DNA of 64,000 nucleotides from Tubiluchus corallicola (taxonomy: Eukaryota > Animalia > Priapulida), in NCBI GenBank assembly GCA_030141605.1, contig JAQGDQ010000106.1, forward strand, positions 124,001-188,000, in the 5' to 3' direction. Positions 51,150 through 64,000 of the stretch are shown here, in pieces. The translations under genes were made by a program, and so were the position numbers. Each line of letters begins with the position of its first letter. Position 1 is the stretch's first letter. Under the pieces are notes generated by a model that was not told the DNA's origin, did not search any database, and saw only the letters and a list, made by a program, of their open reading frames with translations.

Positions 51150-52135
51150 CACATGTTGATGGGTCCAGTTATGCAGTGTAGTGTTACAAAAAGGTACTGC
51201 AGCAAAAGCAATCAAACCTTTTCCAAAGTATTTCTACAATTACTAGACTTGAAGACGAACAAAAAAGTTGTCTACGGATATGTCATTAATTACCAAATCG
51301 GTCTTTGCAACTGTAAAGTTGATAATGCGATTAATCATCTTGATAAAATCAAAAATGACATTGATGATAAGCTAGAGAGGACACATGCCAGAAAGTAGTT
51401 GAGAGAAGTAAAAAGAAAAACAATTTTAGTAATCTTGGGCCTCAGTGGATATTCCAGCAACAACATCGAAGACAGGAAGTATCATGATTTAGGTCATATT
51501 GAAACACTCTTGCAAAAGGTGGAGTTGGACCCAGATTCTGTCGTAACGGACTCCACTATCCGACTTAGTATAAAACTCTAACCCAAAAATTCATCAGATG
51601 AAGAACAATGAGGATAACTACTGCGACCACTCAAGATCGAGCATAGATCCTCAAACTAGCTAAGCACCTAAGCAAGATCCAGCCCATCCTGCTTAGCATA
51701 CATATAAATAAGGACATGACACCTAAGGAACGTAAAATAAGACATAATCTAGTTAAAGAATTGCAAACTAGGAAAGCCGATGAAAAAACTTACAGATATT
51801 CAATCACAAAATAGCGAAGGTGAAAGAAACAACTGAGTCAAGATTCTGCATGACTATGCACTCATCATTCACAAACATTAAAACAGTCTGTTTCAAATTT
51901 AATCACTGCTAATGATTACAATTGTTCTGATAATGTTCTAACTAATATTAAGTGCCTGTATACTAATACTGACTCCCTGATGAATAAACATCATGAATTG
52001 AAACTTCTAATAAATTTGCATTAGAAACGTCTAACACTTAAGATAACTGCTGTTATTGAAGTTAAATCAAAAAATTGTAAATACACCATGCAGAAATCTG
52101 AAATTAACATCGACGGATATCGGCTGTTTCTCGAA
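51150..52135 (+). mobile_element. CR1-type LINE 5' remnant (ORF1 plus start of the APE endonuclease), pseudogenised
   Basis: ORF1-like REVKRKTILVILGL...RPLKI...YINKDMTPKERKIRHNLVKELQTRK, then NIKCLYTNTDSLMNKHHEL...ITAVIEVKSKN...INIDGY (APE N-terminus). Stops and frameshifts throughout. Confidence 0.8.
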
Positions 52136-53856
52136 ATTAACATTCGATTCTTATAGGTTCATCTGATATAATTAGATAAATGCCATTGCAAGAATTTTTT
52201 TATTAACAGAATCATTTACACAATTCTGCTGCTTTATGCAAGTAATAGAAAATGTGCGAAAAAGCTGCATGTGTCAGTGGTGTCTGAGTGAAATGATGTA
52301 ATCTTAGAAGACCATAAAAAGCAAAAGTAGAAAGTGTTTTGCTGTGAGAAGACACCTCTACGTCAGCGTCAATGAACCATACATTTCAACAGGACAACGA
52401 CGCAAGTAGTTCGTTTTATCTAATTTGAGTGTTGTGCACTTAATTATACAATACATACAATGAATGTCCTACAGAATCTTATTCTTATGGTAACTTTTAA
52501 AATGAATTTGGCACCTTAGGGAACAACCCAGTCTGCCCAGTGGAAGAGCCGGGCCTGGCCGATCCACTCAAAGGGGTTCCCTACTAGACAGCTACTAATT
52601 AATACACACAGAGAAATATATGTGTTTTTTTCACTGCATTTAGTGCACTCATTGCGACAGCGAGCACAGAAGTTGGTGGAAGTTCGTTTCAGTGCAAGAC
52701 TGTGCAGAAAGTTTTCTTGAAGCATACTTAAATTTTGTTTTAAGATGTTGAGCAATTCAGAGCCAGAGATACACAATTTAACATTTGAGTTTGAAGACTC
52801 CAAAGACAATAAACTGATGCAAGATATTAAGCAATATATAGCTACCAAATAAAACTGTACTGTTTTGGGCCTGTTCAGAAAATGACGAAAATCATGAAAA
52901 TAACCTAGTATATTAAGTTTTGGTATCAATGTGTAAACTATATTCAGTACTTTTTAAAAATGCAAAATAAGTAGTCTGCAGCATTATTTTTTAGGAACTA
53001 ATTGCCTTACCTATATACGTAGTGTCATAATAAGTTAATGCACCACATATTTCATTCAGTTTCCTCCTTACTTGTCATCCTTACATTTGTACTTACAAAA
53101 ACATATTTTTGCATTTTCTCTTTAGTAGCAATAAGTGGAGTGCGAAAACCATTGCTCAAGTGAAAATAAGTACCAATTACACGTTGCTTGTTCTTAGTAA
53201 TTAACGAATCATTTTAGTTTCTCTGTCTCCCCATTACTTGTTTTTCCGTTACTAAAAAGAGGTGCAAAATTACTTTTTAATTTTTGTTTTTATAATTCTC
53301 AAAGAATTACAGCATTTTCTTAAAAAAGTGTGCTGCTGTCAGGGCTGGCTCTACCCACCAGACAAGCAGTTCTTCAATTTTAAAGTCTATCATAAATGAT
53401 TACATTATTCAAGCGTAATTGGTTAAGTGCGCAACACATTTACTATGTCACTTCGGATTTCCTGTCAAAATGTATGACTCATCGACACAAGTATCTTTCC
53501 TAATGTTATGTCAGTTTACTCAAACACTTCTAATGCGTTTCTCTACTTTTTGCTGGCAGTTTCTATTTTATCCATATACCTGCAGGTTTAAGGTAGTGCA
53601 CATAGTAATAATTCATTTGTTAACAAAAAAGATTTCTTGCAACAGCATTTATCTAATTATAGCAAATAAACTTATAAGAATCGAAGTCTTCAATTTACAA
53701 AACTACAAGGAGCAGCAAATTTATAGTAACAGAAGTATACAGAGTGATGATGATGCTAACTCAAGAGTCCCTCAATCTGTTACCTTACAACATAAAATGC
53801 AATATTCAGAGCAGAGGAAATGATTTGTGGAAAAGATGTAAATACCTTGCTAGCTT

Positions 53857-54265
53857 GTTCTTCTTCAAAGTTTCATTCCACCTGTTGTAGGCATTGAGGC
53901 ACCAACATTTATTGGAGTATTCCACCCATCTCTATCTGCAGCTAACAGCCTAACTCTTAAAGATAGATTTGGTTGTAGTTGTTGAACATCTTTGTTTCAC
54001 TTAGCTATCCAAGTTGTTTTTGGTATGCCAGGTGGATTTTTGCAAGGTTTTAAGGCTTCCTTTAAGGCGATTCTTACTGGTGCTTCACTTGGTAATCTTA
54101 GAAGATGTCCTAACCATCTTAATCTTCGGATCTTGACTTTTGAACTCCTTTCTTTCGTTCTGGTGTATAAATCTTCACTTTTGATTATGTATGGCCATCT
54201 TATCTTTAAAACTTTCCTTAAAAGACATCTATGAAATGTGTCAATCTGCTTTTCCCGAGTAATAC
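53857..54265 (-). mobile_element. RTE-clade LINE 3' fragment
   Basis: Minus-strand IDTFHRCLLRKVLKIRWPYIIKSEDLY...RRLRWLGHLLRLPSEAPVRIAL...PPGIPKTTW...AADRDGW, followed by a short (GAA)n tail. Confidence 0.85.
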
Positions 54266-54379
54266 TTAATTTCTTGCTAGTTAATACGTTTTGGCGATAT
54301 CTGTGGATTTAAAATAACACCAATCCACGAGATTGCCGTTTTAAGTCAACGAGACAAATTTTTCATAACCAAATCTTAC

Positions 54380-54660
54380 CTGTGTCCGAAGCTGAGTGAC
54401 TTTTCATTTATGGATTTTTACTAAAATTACTAAATTAATACAATTACTAATATTAATAAAAATTATACCAAGAATAATATTATTATTAATAATAATATAA
54501 CATTATAAAATAAAAATATTACTAGCTTGTTGGTAGTTTTCAGTTTTTACCGTGGAAAAAAAAAGCAATATGCGCGATCTTTGAGAACAGCTGTAAGAAG
54601 AAAATAAGTAACTGTCGGCCAGACGCGAATAACGCGCCAGCGAGTCTAGCTTATGACCAA
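54380..54660 (-). promoter_or_regulatory. Candidate promoter/non-coding first exon for the TM9SF2-like gene and/or FANCL
   Basis: CpG cluster at 54570-54650 with an E2F-like CTGGCGCGTT on the minus strand, and a strong minus-strand donor CAG|GTAAGA at 54380/54379. Confidence 0.3.
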
Positions 54661-56499
54661 TTTCAATTTTCAATTCAAATGTATTAGCTAATTAAACAAA
54701 GTACATTGATACAAAATCACAGTTAAATATTGTATTTTTTAGCAATGAAAGACAAGGAAAAAATGTCATTAGCTCTAGTGATAGCCTATCTGTTTCAGGT
54801 ATTTGAATAAAAGTTTATAAAGAATAAATTATCAATGAGTTAAAAAGAATTATGATCAAAGCTTGTTGCGGTAATGCTGATTTCTTCCTTCCTGAAGATC
54901 GGAGAAGCAGTTGCCCACTTAAATTTCTTGTACTGATGTGAACTATGACCCAAACTTATAATTATGTGAAGCATGAGCACAAAGCCTTTAAAAAGAAAAG
55001 AAAAACGATTAGTAAACTATATTTTTAGCAATATATACTTATACAGACATGCTTAAAACATCTCAGCTCTTAAGCAGCTGAATACTTCAGAAATTTAAAT
55101 TCAATCAAATCCAGTTTATTTGCTCAAATATGTGAGAAAAATACATTGGGAAATGAGCCATGATTTACTTATATAACTATTACACAAAGTACTTTCAGTA
55201 AGTTAATCATAAAAACAAACACAAAAGTTTAGTTAATAATTAACTAAGGCAAATAACATGAAAAGCCTATGGACATTTACATTAGACAAAATAACATTAC
55301 GTCCAACCGAGAGTTTTGTTGGAACTGCAGAACATGCATTCACTGATAAAGTTTCCAAAGCTGTTAAGGTCAGACTTATTGCTGGAGTTAAATAGCCAAA
55401 GTATGGGAAAAACTGAGACATTTAAAAAAGCAAAATTATAAAAACAATTACTGTATTTTTGTCTGATTTCTTTATTTACAGGGCATTCATCCTCTATGCA
55501 AGGGTTTTGTATGTTATCTCTACTAGTGGCACAGAAGGAACAGAGTCAGCGTCCTTTCATTTTCTTGTTGACTTTAATATCTGCCTTTTTCAATTTATAG
55601 GTCATAATTGCTTATTCTGAGTTTAGTTACGTTTCATCTGTGTTGCTTATTACAGTTTGAAGGTATGGCTCTGCATGGTATGTGTATTTCATGTTTCTGT
55701 AAAATCTTAGCTTATTCTTTCCTCCTACTTTTCTGTTATTGTTAAATATTTTTTGAAAAAATAGTGCACTTGCACCATAGATGATACTCAAAACTAGTGC
55801 ACTACATGGGCTGTCCAAGTACCACATTGACATTATGACTGAGTCACTGAGTTTCATTATACATGAAATTATAATTAATTAAAATATTAGGAGAGCTTTA
55901 CTTGTAAAATGTTGTGGCACTCGAATAAGTTGTTTCTGGTCACATTTATGCTGTTTTATCTGTATCTGTCTTGCTTCATTCCACAACATAAAGTAATAGT
56001 GGTGAAATGAAAAATGCTGCCCACAGTAAGTAAGACATTGGAGTCATGTTGTACATCCTGATGTTATCAAGTGGTAATGATGATGCCAAATTAGTGCATC
56101 ACCTTCTGATTGCCTATTACTGATTCTTTAGTAATTTTTTTTGGAGGGATTTTCTGAATTACCTAAAAAGCTGGCTTATTTCAGCTCAAAAAAGATCCCA
56201 AAACCAAATTTAATATTGCTCATCTGCCTACCTCAGAATAAATGATTACTTTATTTTATTGAATGTATAATTTCTATATAATTAATTATTCAAAGTATTA
56301 TTATTAAATAAACAAAGACAACGGATAAGGCGAACTAGGCTCATTTCTTTTCCTAACTGCATTCTGGTGCTAGGTGGAGTATGAACATTGTTTAGCCTGG
56401 GAATATAAGCTGACTTCGAGCTAACTGTTGCTCAGGTAAATAACAACCATTACTATGGCAAAAAGGGTTATCATGTTAGGAGCTTTCATTATGCAATAC

Positions 56500-57580
56500 A
56501 GCACCACTCACAATTTGATGCCATGTTCCCCGATCTGCTGCCACGTACATACCAACTATTCACGTCATTTAAGTCAAACAGAGTATTTAATAAATCTTTC
56601 TTCAGAACATCTAAATATGTGATCAGCTGTCCTCCTCTTGGTTTCTTCATTTAAGGTATTGGTGCTTAATGTAATGCTGTAGTAACTGGAAAATCCTGTG
56701 GTAATTTGATGATGTGTCCAATCCATCAATGCTTTTGTATGACTTCACTACATTTCTTCTTCTTTGTTAAATCATATAAATCCTGATTTGAAATTTTCTT
56801 TGGGCATTTTATACCCAGCATCTTTCTGGGCAACTTTTACTGTCCACAGTTCAGAATTACACAAGAATACAGGTTCTGCAAGTGATGACAGAATAATACG
56901 TACTTTAGTTTCTATGATAAGATTTGGATTTTTAGAAATGTTTGTGAGCCCAGAATATGCAGCCAAAATTAATATTTTTTGTGCATGCTATGTCAGCTTC
57001 GGTGCCTAGTAAACTAAGGTATTTGCAATTCTTTCAAGACGTATTTCCACCACGTTGTGTTGTGTATTGTTCTGTTTTGGCGTCATTTACCTTTAGATTG
57101 AAGTTTCTTAGACTGTTGGTTGCATCTTGTTTCACAGACTCAATTTAACTAAAGTTATGTGCTACCCACACAATATCATCAGCATGTTGCATGGGTAAGA
57201 GACTAGAAGGAGATCCAAGTATTGCATAATTATGCTCTTGCTGAATAATCTGTCGGATTGAATTTTGATCTAGAATTGGGTTCACATGATCTAAATGCTG
57301 TACAGGTGGCACGTAATTTATTTCCTTCAGGGTAGTTGCAAGATAAAATGTGAAGAGAACAGGGCTTAGGCAATCACCCTGCGCAACACCAGTGTTTGAG
57401 CAAAATTCTGAGCTGAATACACTATCACATCTTTCTTGCATGAAGATTATGCAACACTATACTTGTCATGTACAATTCGTTTTTGTCCTGTACATCTGTT
57501 AAATGACTTAGTGTATGAACAATGTAATTTGTGCTAGAGATGGCTTTTTCTGCTAGAAGTTTACAAGCAAGAACTTAAGA
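56500..57580 (-). mobile_element. RTE-clade LINE reverse transcriptase remnant
   Basis: GVAQGDCLSPVLFTFYL and QHADDI (YADD equivalent), then KYL, LCNSELWT and WIGHIIKLPQDFPV. Frameshifted. Confidence 0.85.
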
Positions 57581-60500
57581 CTTCCCAAAGGTCATTTTGG
57601 TTTACCTGTTTTTGTAAAGAGGTTACAAACATTCGGTTTATACTACTGACCACTATGTAGCAAGATTCATATCTTTTTTCCGACTCATTCTCTCGTCCTT
57701 CAATTACCTGCTATTATTGCTACAAGGTTCGAGTTACATTTCAGTTATTGTTATTATTTTTTTAACTTGCTTTACTGTTATTATTATTGATCATAATGAA
57801 ATATGTTAGTATTGTTATAACACTGTCAATATAATCTCGTTATAATCTCTATATATATCCTGAGTTGTGTTTTCCAAATTTTTGCAATTTATTGGCATCG
57901 ACCGAATTTATTTCTCAAGTATAGCCCATTACGAGTTTATCCCAAGCTATTACTTCGTGCAGTGCCATCGGACGTCTCTCGTGTGAACCATTAATCACAC
58001 CACATTAACATGGCCTGTAAAAGTACTTATTTCAGATTATTTGGTAGCCTTTAATAAGTAAGTAAATAAGTAAGAAACAAGCATTAGCAAATTAACAGCA
58101 AGAATACTACTGCGGAAAATGACTCAAAATTAAACCATTACATACAGCATTACAAAAACAAAAGCAAAAATTTACTAATAATGAAACTTCCTAATACATC
58201 ACAAATCAGCATGCACCTGCACAATCATGCACGCTTACATAAAAACACGCATATGCAAAAGTTGCAAAAAATCAGTAATTAGGTATGACTTTAACAATAT
58301 AAACACCATCAGAAACTCTTGAACCGACAAATGAATTACTGCAAAGCTCTATACAAAAGTAAGCAAACAAATGAACTTACAAACGTTTGAGGCTCTGTAT
58401 AACAAACTTTAAGACAATTTTCAGAGATTAACAGAGTCATGCTGCTCTACAACAGTGGCGTACTCAGGCCTCTATACAACTAAAAACAGGATTTTGCACT
58501 ATTCAAAGGTTGTTTAAGTTCTCATACTAGAGCAGCCAAGCATGTTAAACAAAAGCGTTACAGGTAATGCAAAATAACGACGCTCTCCATTCAACACACC
58601 TAGCTTCACTATACCCACGCTAGCCTGAGAGATAACAGGGCCTATGCCAAGGCCTATCGTACAAGACCCCTATGACAGAGTCTGGTCATGAACTGAATAA
58701 AATTTAATGTCGCAGGAAGTGTATTGAGAGTTTCCCTCAAGCTAGGCTTCAGGGGACTTGTCACACAATGCATTATCTTACCCTTTTTTCTAACTTAATT
58801 GCATTATTCTAATTAATTGTTAAATTACAAATCTACATTATTTAGTACTGCAACATTGACTCTGTTATGTGTTGTATGAAGTGGAATAAACGAATATTGA
58901 GAGTAAGTTGAGTCATATTGTAACTTGCATATTAGAACACAATAGTCAAAAGTAATACATTTATGGGTTATTCTTTTTATATGGGAAATGGGTATACAAG
59001 GGAGTGGATAAATCATAATTGAATCCTTTTATTGTAATTTAGGCATTCAGGTCATCTAACAATGTTTCATAGCTGATCGAGTCAGTTCGTTACAGGGGCT
59101 GCCATCTTGTAATCGTGATAGTTGTCTGTTGTAAAAGAGATTTTAATGATCTGCTTCAATAACTGCCGAGTCAACCATTAGAATACGCAAGTTATTAGTC
59201 AGTCACTGATTATTTTAATGAATGAGCAAACTAACAAAAGAGGAAATAAACGAATATAAAATAACTAGGATAAAAATAAACTATACACGTAACACTAAAA
59301 TAAATGCTTACTTCGTAGCAAACTAATTAACTGGCTGATGGACTGATCGAATGACTGACTCACTGACTTACTGGTTGTACGACGGGTGGGTTGGCCAGTT
59401 AGCTTACTAACTGCGGCCCGTTGGCATAGACGCATAGAAGATATTTCTTCTGAAAATTTTCAGTATGCAAAATGCTGCTCAATCAAGCTGGTTTATTATA
59501 AACTATTTGTAACTAAACTAAACTAACGTAATTAGTAGCGTTTTGTGACGGAGTTGTCAACTGATCTCGTAACATATTGTTTTAGTTCTATGACAATAGT
59601 TGAGACAATGTCACTTGCTTAGTTAATAGCTAAGCCCACAACCAGGGCCGGATTAACACATAAGCAAAAATTAAGCACGCCCTTAGGGCACCAAGCAGGC
59701 AAAAAATAAAAGGTACGCTGAAGACAACAAATCTTTCACGGTTCAAAATATAGGTGGTTACAGGAGAATGAGGCACTTTGGCTGGGTCGTTTTTCACATT
59801 GCATCGTAGCGGGGCGGAGTAAGCATTTCGCGGATCTAAAGATATCAAAACATGAAGGACTTAAACTTTTATAATTAACACAACTTTGTTAAAACTTTTA
59901 CTTTACATAGTTAAAATCGTGTCAAACGCTTCGACACACTACTGCTGTCATCATCAGTGGTAAATGTGATATTTTCGCACTTATGAACTATAGCATAGCA
60001 GTAATTTTAGCGCAGTTAGCTACGTTTAGCATAGTTTCCTCTGAATATTAAGTGGTGTTTACCAGACATACGGAATCCGTATGCGTTATACTGATACGGA
60101 ATAGATAAAATCGGTTAATTTACATCGTTTTCAGTGCACTAGTTTATCAGACCTGCCTCATGTGTTATTTTTTTCTGCAGCTATTTCCTATAGATTTTTT
60201 GTGTACACAGTTGTTCCGCAGGTGGATAACGCATTTCGGATGTCTGGTAAACGCAGCTGATTTTAAAAAAGCAACCTCTAGCATTGTTAGCGTGCTTTAG
60301 CAGCAAATGAATCTGTCTTGTGTCGTTAGCAGTAGCAATGCTAGCAGCTTTTAGCGTGGTTAACATGTGCTAACAGATTTAGAGTAGTTTAGTGCGAGAA
60401 TTGTTTAGAGTAATTTAGCAAGAATACTGGGCTATAGACTATTTAGACTGTATTGCAAAAGTGTAGGTAGATTGGTTTATTCAGCTAGTGTGCATAGCAT

Positions 60501-63452
60501 TACTCATGACCGGTAACAAAGTCACAGGAAAAAAGTCACAATTAATTTTGGCGGACTTTCTTCTTTCATATGCCTTTTTTATCTGTGACTTATAATTTAT
60601 TACCTAGATTCGCATTGCCATTACAGTTTAAAAACAGTAACACATTTCGATCTAGCCTGGGCCAACCTACAGAGAGCGCTGCTCACACCTACAAAATACT
60701 GTTGATCCAATTAAGGCCATATGGATTGTACATAACAGGATGATCCATTATACAACATCGACACAATGGAACGAGCATAGATTGTACATAAGGAACTCTG
60801 GGTAATAGGCTACGTGTACATTATTTTAACTTGAACCATTACTGATTGCAAAGAAATAGCAATATCCAAAATTAATGATTCATAAATAATTGTAAATTAA
60901 ACCAAATAAAGCCCATGGTCCACAACTCTGCTGAAATCCAACTTTTATCAGCTGGGGTTATATCTGTAGTACTTCGGCTGATGCATTAGTCATCATGAGT
61001 TAGCATGTAGCCTTTCACTTATATACTGAAATTTTATACTACGTGCCACTGATGATACACTAATGATTTGACAGTTTTTATTTTACTATGTTGTACTAAC
61101 TCTTTGTAATACTCGGTGAAAAATAAATTTAAAAAATACTGCGCCAAAGGCCGGTAATGCTTCAAGTCGAGCAGGCCGGGTCAGAGGTATCCAAAATCAG
61201 CACTGTTTGACATTGGCGAAATATTTCAAAATCGTTTAAATTTAAGTATTTTAAGTAAATCATTTTTTTGAAATATTATATTTAATTTAGCTATTTATTT
61301 ATGCAACTGACGGTTGAGATTGAATAAATGATCAGAAATTGGTTTAGTTATGAAGGACGATGACTGTTTATATTTTAAGCTTGCGTTTATTATAATTTTA
61401 AAACATTTGTCAAATCTTATACATGTACGTCTGCCTGTCATTCAATAAGAATGTAATTTGCTGTTTCGTAATTTCCATAAACCTGCTCGGTAGATAAGTA
61501 GTTATAACTGGGCACCAAAAACTATATGCCTGATGTCTACAGTTTTCCACAACAACGGCACCCAAAAGAGATGAAAATCATACTGTTTACTGCATTAAAA
61601 AATGAATGATGCACAAGTGAACATTGCCAAATCTTATTGAACACTGACGATTCAAAAATGAATTTTTAAAAACCTGAAAATGTGCATAGTACGTTTGTGT
61701 CAAATATGTAAGTACATGTTAAATCTTTTTGTTCAAGTTATAACACTGCCATACAATAACTTTGGCACAGTGGTATATTAGATTCATTATTTTAGTTTTT
61801 ATGTCTGTAGACTGTAGCATAAAACCAAACACTATGAGAAAACTACTAGTATATATACAACTGTGCTGACAATGTGTGCAGTTTAAACATATCAAGGATA
61901 ATCATTAAACTGAATTTATTTTAACATTACTAAATAAAAACAATTTGTTTTAAAGGCCAAAACAACAATATCGAAATCACTCGGCAATCTTGTTCGAAGT
62001 AAGAACTATTTGTTATCACATTTTTGCGGTTACAAGACTCTCCACATAACACTGTGCTAGACATATCTGCACAAATTATCTTCACAAAAACAAACAGTAA
62101 ATGCTTGCTTTTTCTCTGTTTTTAGTAAACCACAGTTTTTAGTAAATCAGTGTGTTATCTGTAATACATAGCTGTTTTCACAACGAAAACGGTGCACAAA
62201 CTCCTGAACATGTCTAGATACTGCAGATTAACACAAAAATGAATAAACCCATGTGACCAAAGGCCACTATAGTCAAAACATATAATTATCAAAGCACATC
62301 TATATTTAGTATGTATGTATACTTCAAACAGGTCTGGAATTAGCAAAAAAGGTAATTACTATACATGACACACTCTGGGTAAGACTCAGAAATATTAGCA
62401 TTGATACCAGTTTTGGAAATAGATTTAATTTAAACCTTTCTGGATGATGAATCTCTTATGCAAACTAGCACACTATCTACAAAAGTACATAATAACACCA
62501 TTGTGTAAACCTAACACACAATAAATGAAACGTGCTGTTCTTAATGTATATGTTTATGTAAGTGAAGACAATAATAAATATAACTCTACCCAAAATGGAA
62601 TTATTAATTAGACCATCACATATCACTTAAGCCATTTTTTCAACAACATGAAAGTACTTGAACAAAATTCTGTTTTTGCAGAACAATTTCACAGCTATTA
62701 CACCTTCAGCAAAACAAATCAGAAAGTTTAACTAGTGAGGCAGATTGAAAACAAAAATACAGTAACATAACAAAATATCAACACAGTATAATGTTTTCTA
62801 TGATCAATCATTAGCTTTCAAAAATGATCAATGATCAACTAATGATCGATCGTAATATTTGGTAATGTATGTCAGTATGAAATTAGACCATTAAGCTTTT
62901 GACTGTTATTTTATATCTTACGTTGTTTTACCGCTGATGCTATAGGTTATTTGTCCTCCTGTATCTAAATGGCAGAAAGGTGTGATGAAGTGTTACTTTT
63001 ATTGTATTGAGCGATCGATCGATCATGTTAATTTATAAGTGAGCACTTAGTTGAACGTCGCAGTCGACTAACTTTCGATAATATTAATTAATTGGAACAG
63101 CACTACAACACAGTGAGCCAGTAATAATGACAGATCACAAAACGTGCCATTTTATTAAAACTGAATACCTGGTCTCACATTTTTCAAGTTGTATTTAATT
63201 ACTGAACTTTAGCAAGTGCTCAAAATTTTCCTATCCACAAATGAGTGAATAACGTGCTTTTATTGTCAAAATCAAATTAAGAAATTCATGTTTACTTTGC
63301 CAATTGCTCTTGCACATATTTAACACTCACCACATCAACTCAATGCATAAATATCTTATTAAAAACGAGTTTATAACACATTTAGAATATAAGGCTTAAC
63401 TGCGAATACAGGAAATCATTTAATATTGTGAGATTTTCTCGTCAAATTCTCA

Positions 63453-64000
63453 TCAATCTACTTTTACAATGCTATAAATTTTACGGATAAACCAGAAACA
63501 AGAAAAGAAACCAATAGTGCCTGTAAAGAGGAAGAAGCACCATACCATGATGGCCGTATAACCAAAGTAAAGAAAAGCATTAGCAACACCCTCCACATTC
63601 ATTTTTGTGGCATAGTAATGTATGCTATAAATAAACAAGTAAACAGCAGTGAAACCTGATGTTAGAAAAGATCGCCACCACCAGTGGTAATCCTCAGCAC
63701 ACAAATGAAAGTAGCAGAGAAGAATCGTGGCTTCAGCACTTGTGACAATCAGAATAATGAACACGATGAAGAGAAAACCGAACATGTAGTATGTCTGATG
63801 AGACCAAATGCTGTTAAGAATAAAGAACAATTGTATAAAAATGCAGCCAAAAGGAAGAATGCCACCCATCAGAATACCTGGTATGGGTTTTGTATAGAAT
63901 GATTGTTCAGGAATTTGTCGCGGTATCTGATTGGTGCGAACTGGCTGCTCAATCGTGTTACGTTTATAGCCAAAGTAGGCACCAATGAAAGTAAGAGGAA
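63453..64000 (-). CDS. TM9SF2: Transmembrane 9 superfamily member 2, 3' part (gene continues past the window end)
   Basis: The frame is open from the window edge: PLTFIGAYFGYKRNTIEQPVRTNQIPRQIPEQSFYTKPIPGILMGGILPFGCIFIQLFFILNSIWSHQ...EDYHWWWRSFLTSG...KIYSIVKVD*. This is the canonical TM9SF2 C-terminus. Confidence 0.95.
   Translation of the reverse strand, partial: PLTFIGAYFGYKRNTIEQPVRTNQIPRQIPEQSFYTKPIPGILMGGILPFGCIFIQLFFILNSIWSHQTYYMFGFLFIVFIILIVTSAEATILLCYFHLCAEDYHWWWRSFLTSGFTAVYLFIYSIHYYATKMNVEGVANAFLYFGYTAIMVWCFFLFTGTIGFFSCFWFIRKIYSIVKVD

Noticed and set aside
57600-63400. Possible additional gene between the two TM9SF2 copies
   Set aside because: I found no chain of phase-compatible exons with recognisable protein similarity, only repeat-like fragments. 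A short-exon or non-coding gene cannot be excluded without RNA data.

Overview
This is AT-rich eukaryotic genomic DNA from an invertebrate animal, with spliced genes that the ORF track shows only in fragments. I rebuilt the exon chains by hand, checking splice sites and reading phase. In order: an SLC16/MCT-family transporter (+, 4 coding exons), EFCAB2/DRC8 (-, 6 exons), a BED-finger-less Buster/Charlie-type hAT transposon with TIRs, a VRK1/2-type kinase (+, 11 exons, one GC-AG intron), FANCL (-, 13 exons, tail-to-tail with VRK), a diverged single-coding-exon TM9SF2 paralogue (-), and the 3' end of a canonical TM9SF2 (-). Introns and intergenic DNA hold LINE relics (CR1, RTE, L2/Crack-like), MITEs and microsatellites. 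I see no clearly novel multi-gene system. The best leads are (1) the convergent VRK-FANCL pair, matching vertebrate VRK2-FANCL; (2) loss of two normally conserved FANCL tryptophans; (3) a TM9SF2 duplicate lacking the KxD/E Golgi motif that may sit in a FANCL 5'UTR intron; and (4) inverted repeats bracketing an in-frame five-exon block of FANCL. All comparisons to human proteins are from memory and need confirming by alignment.
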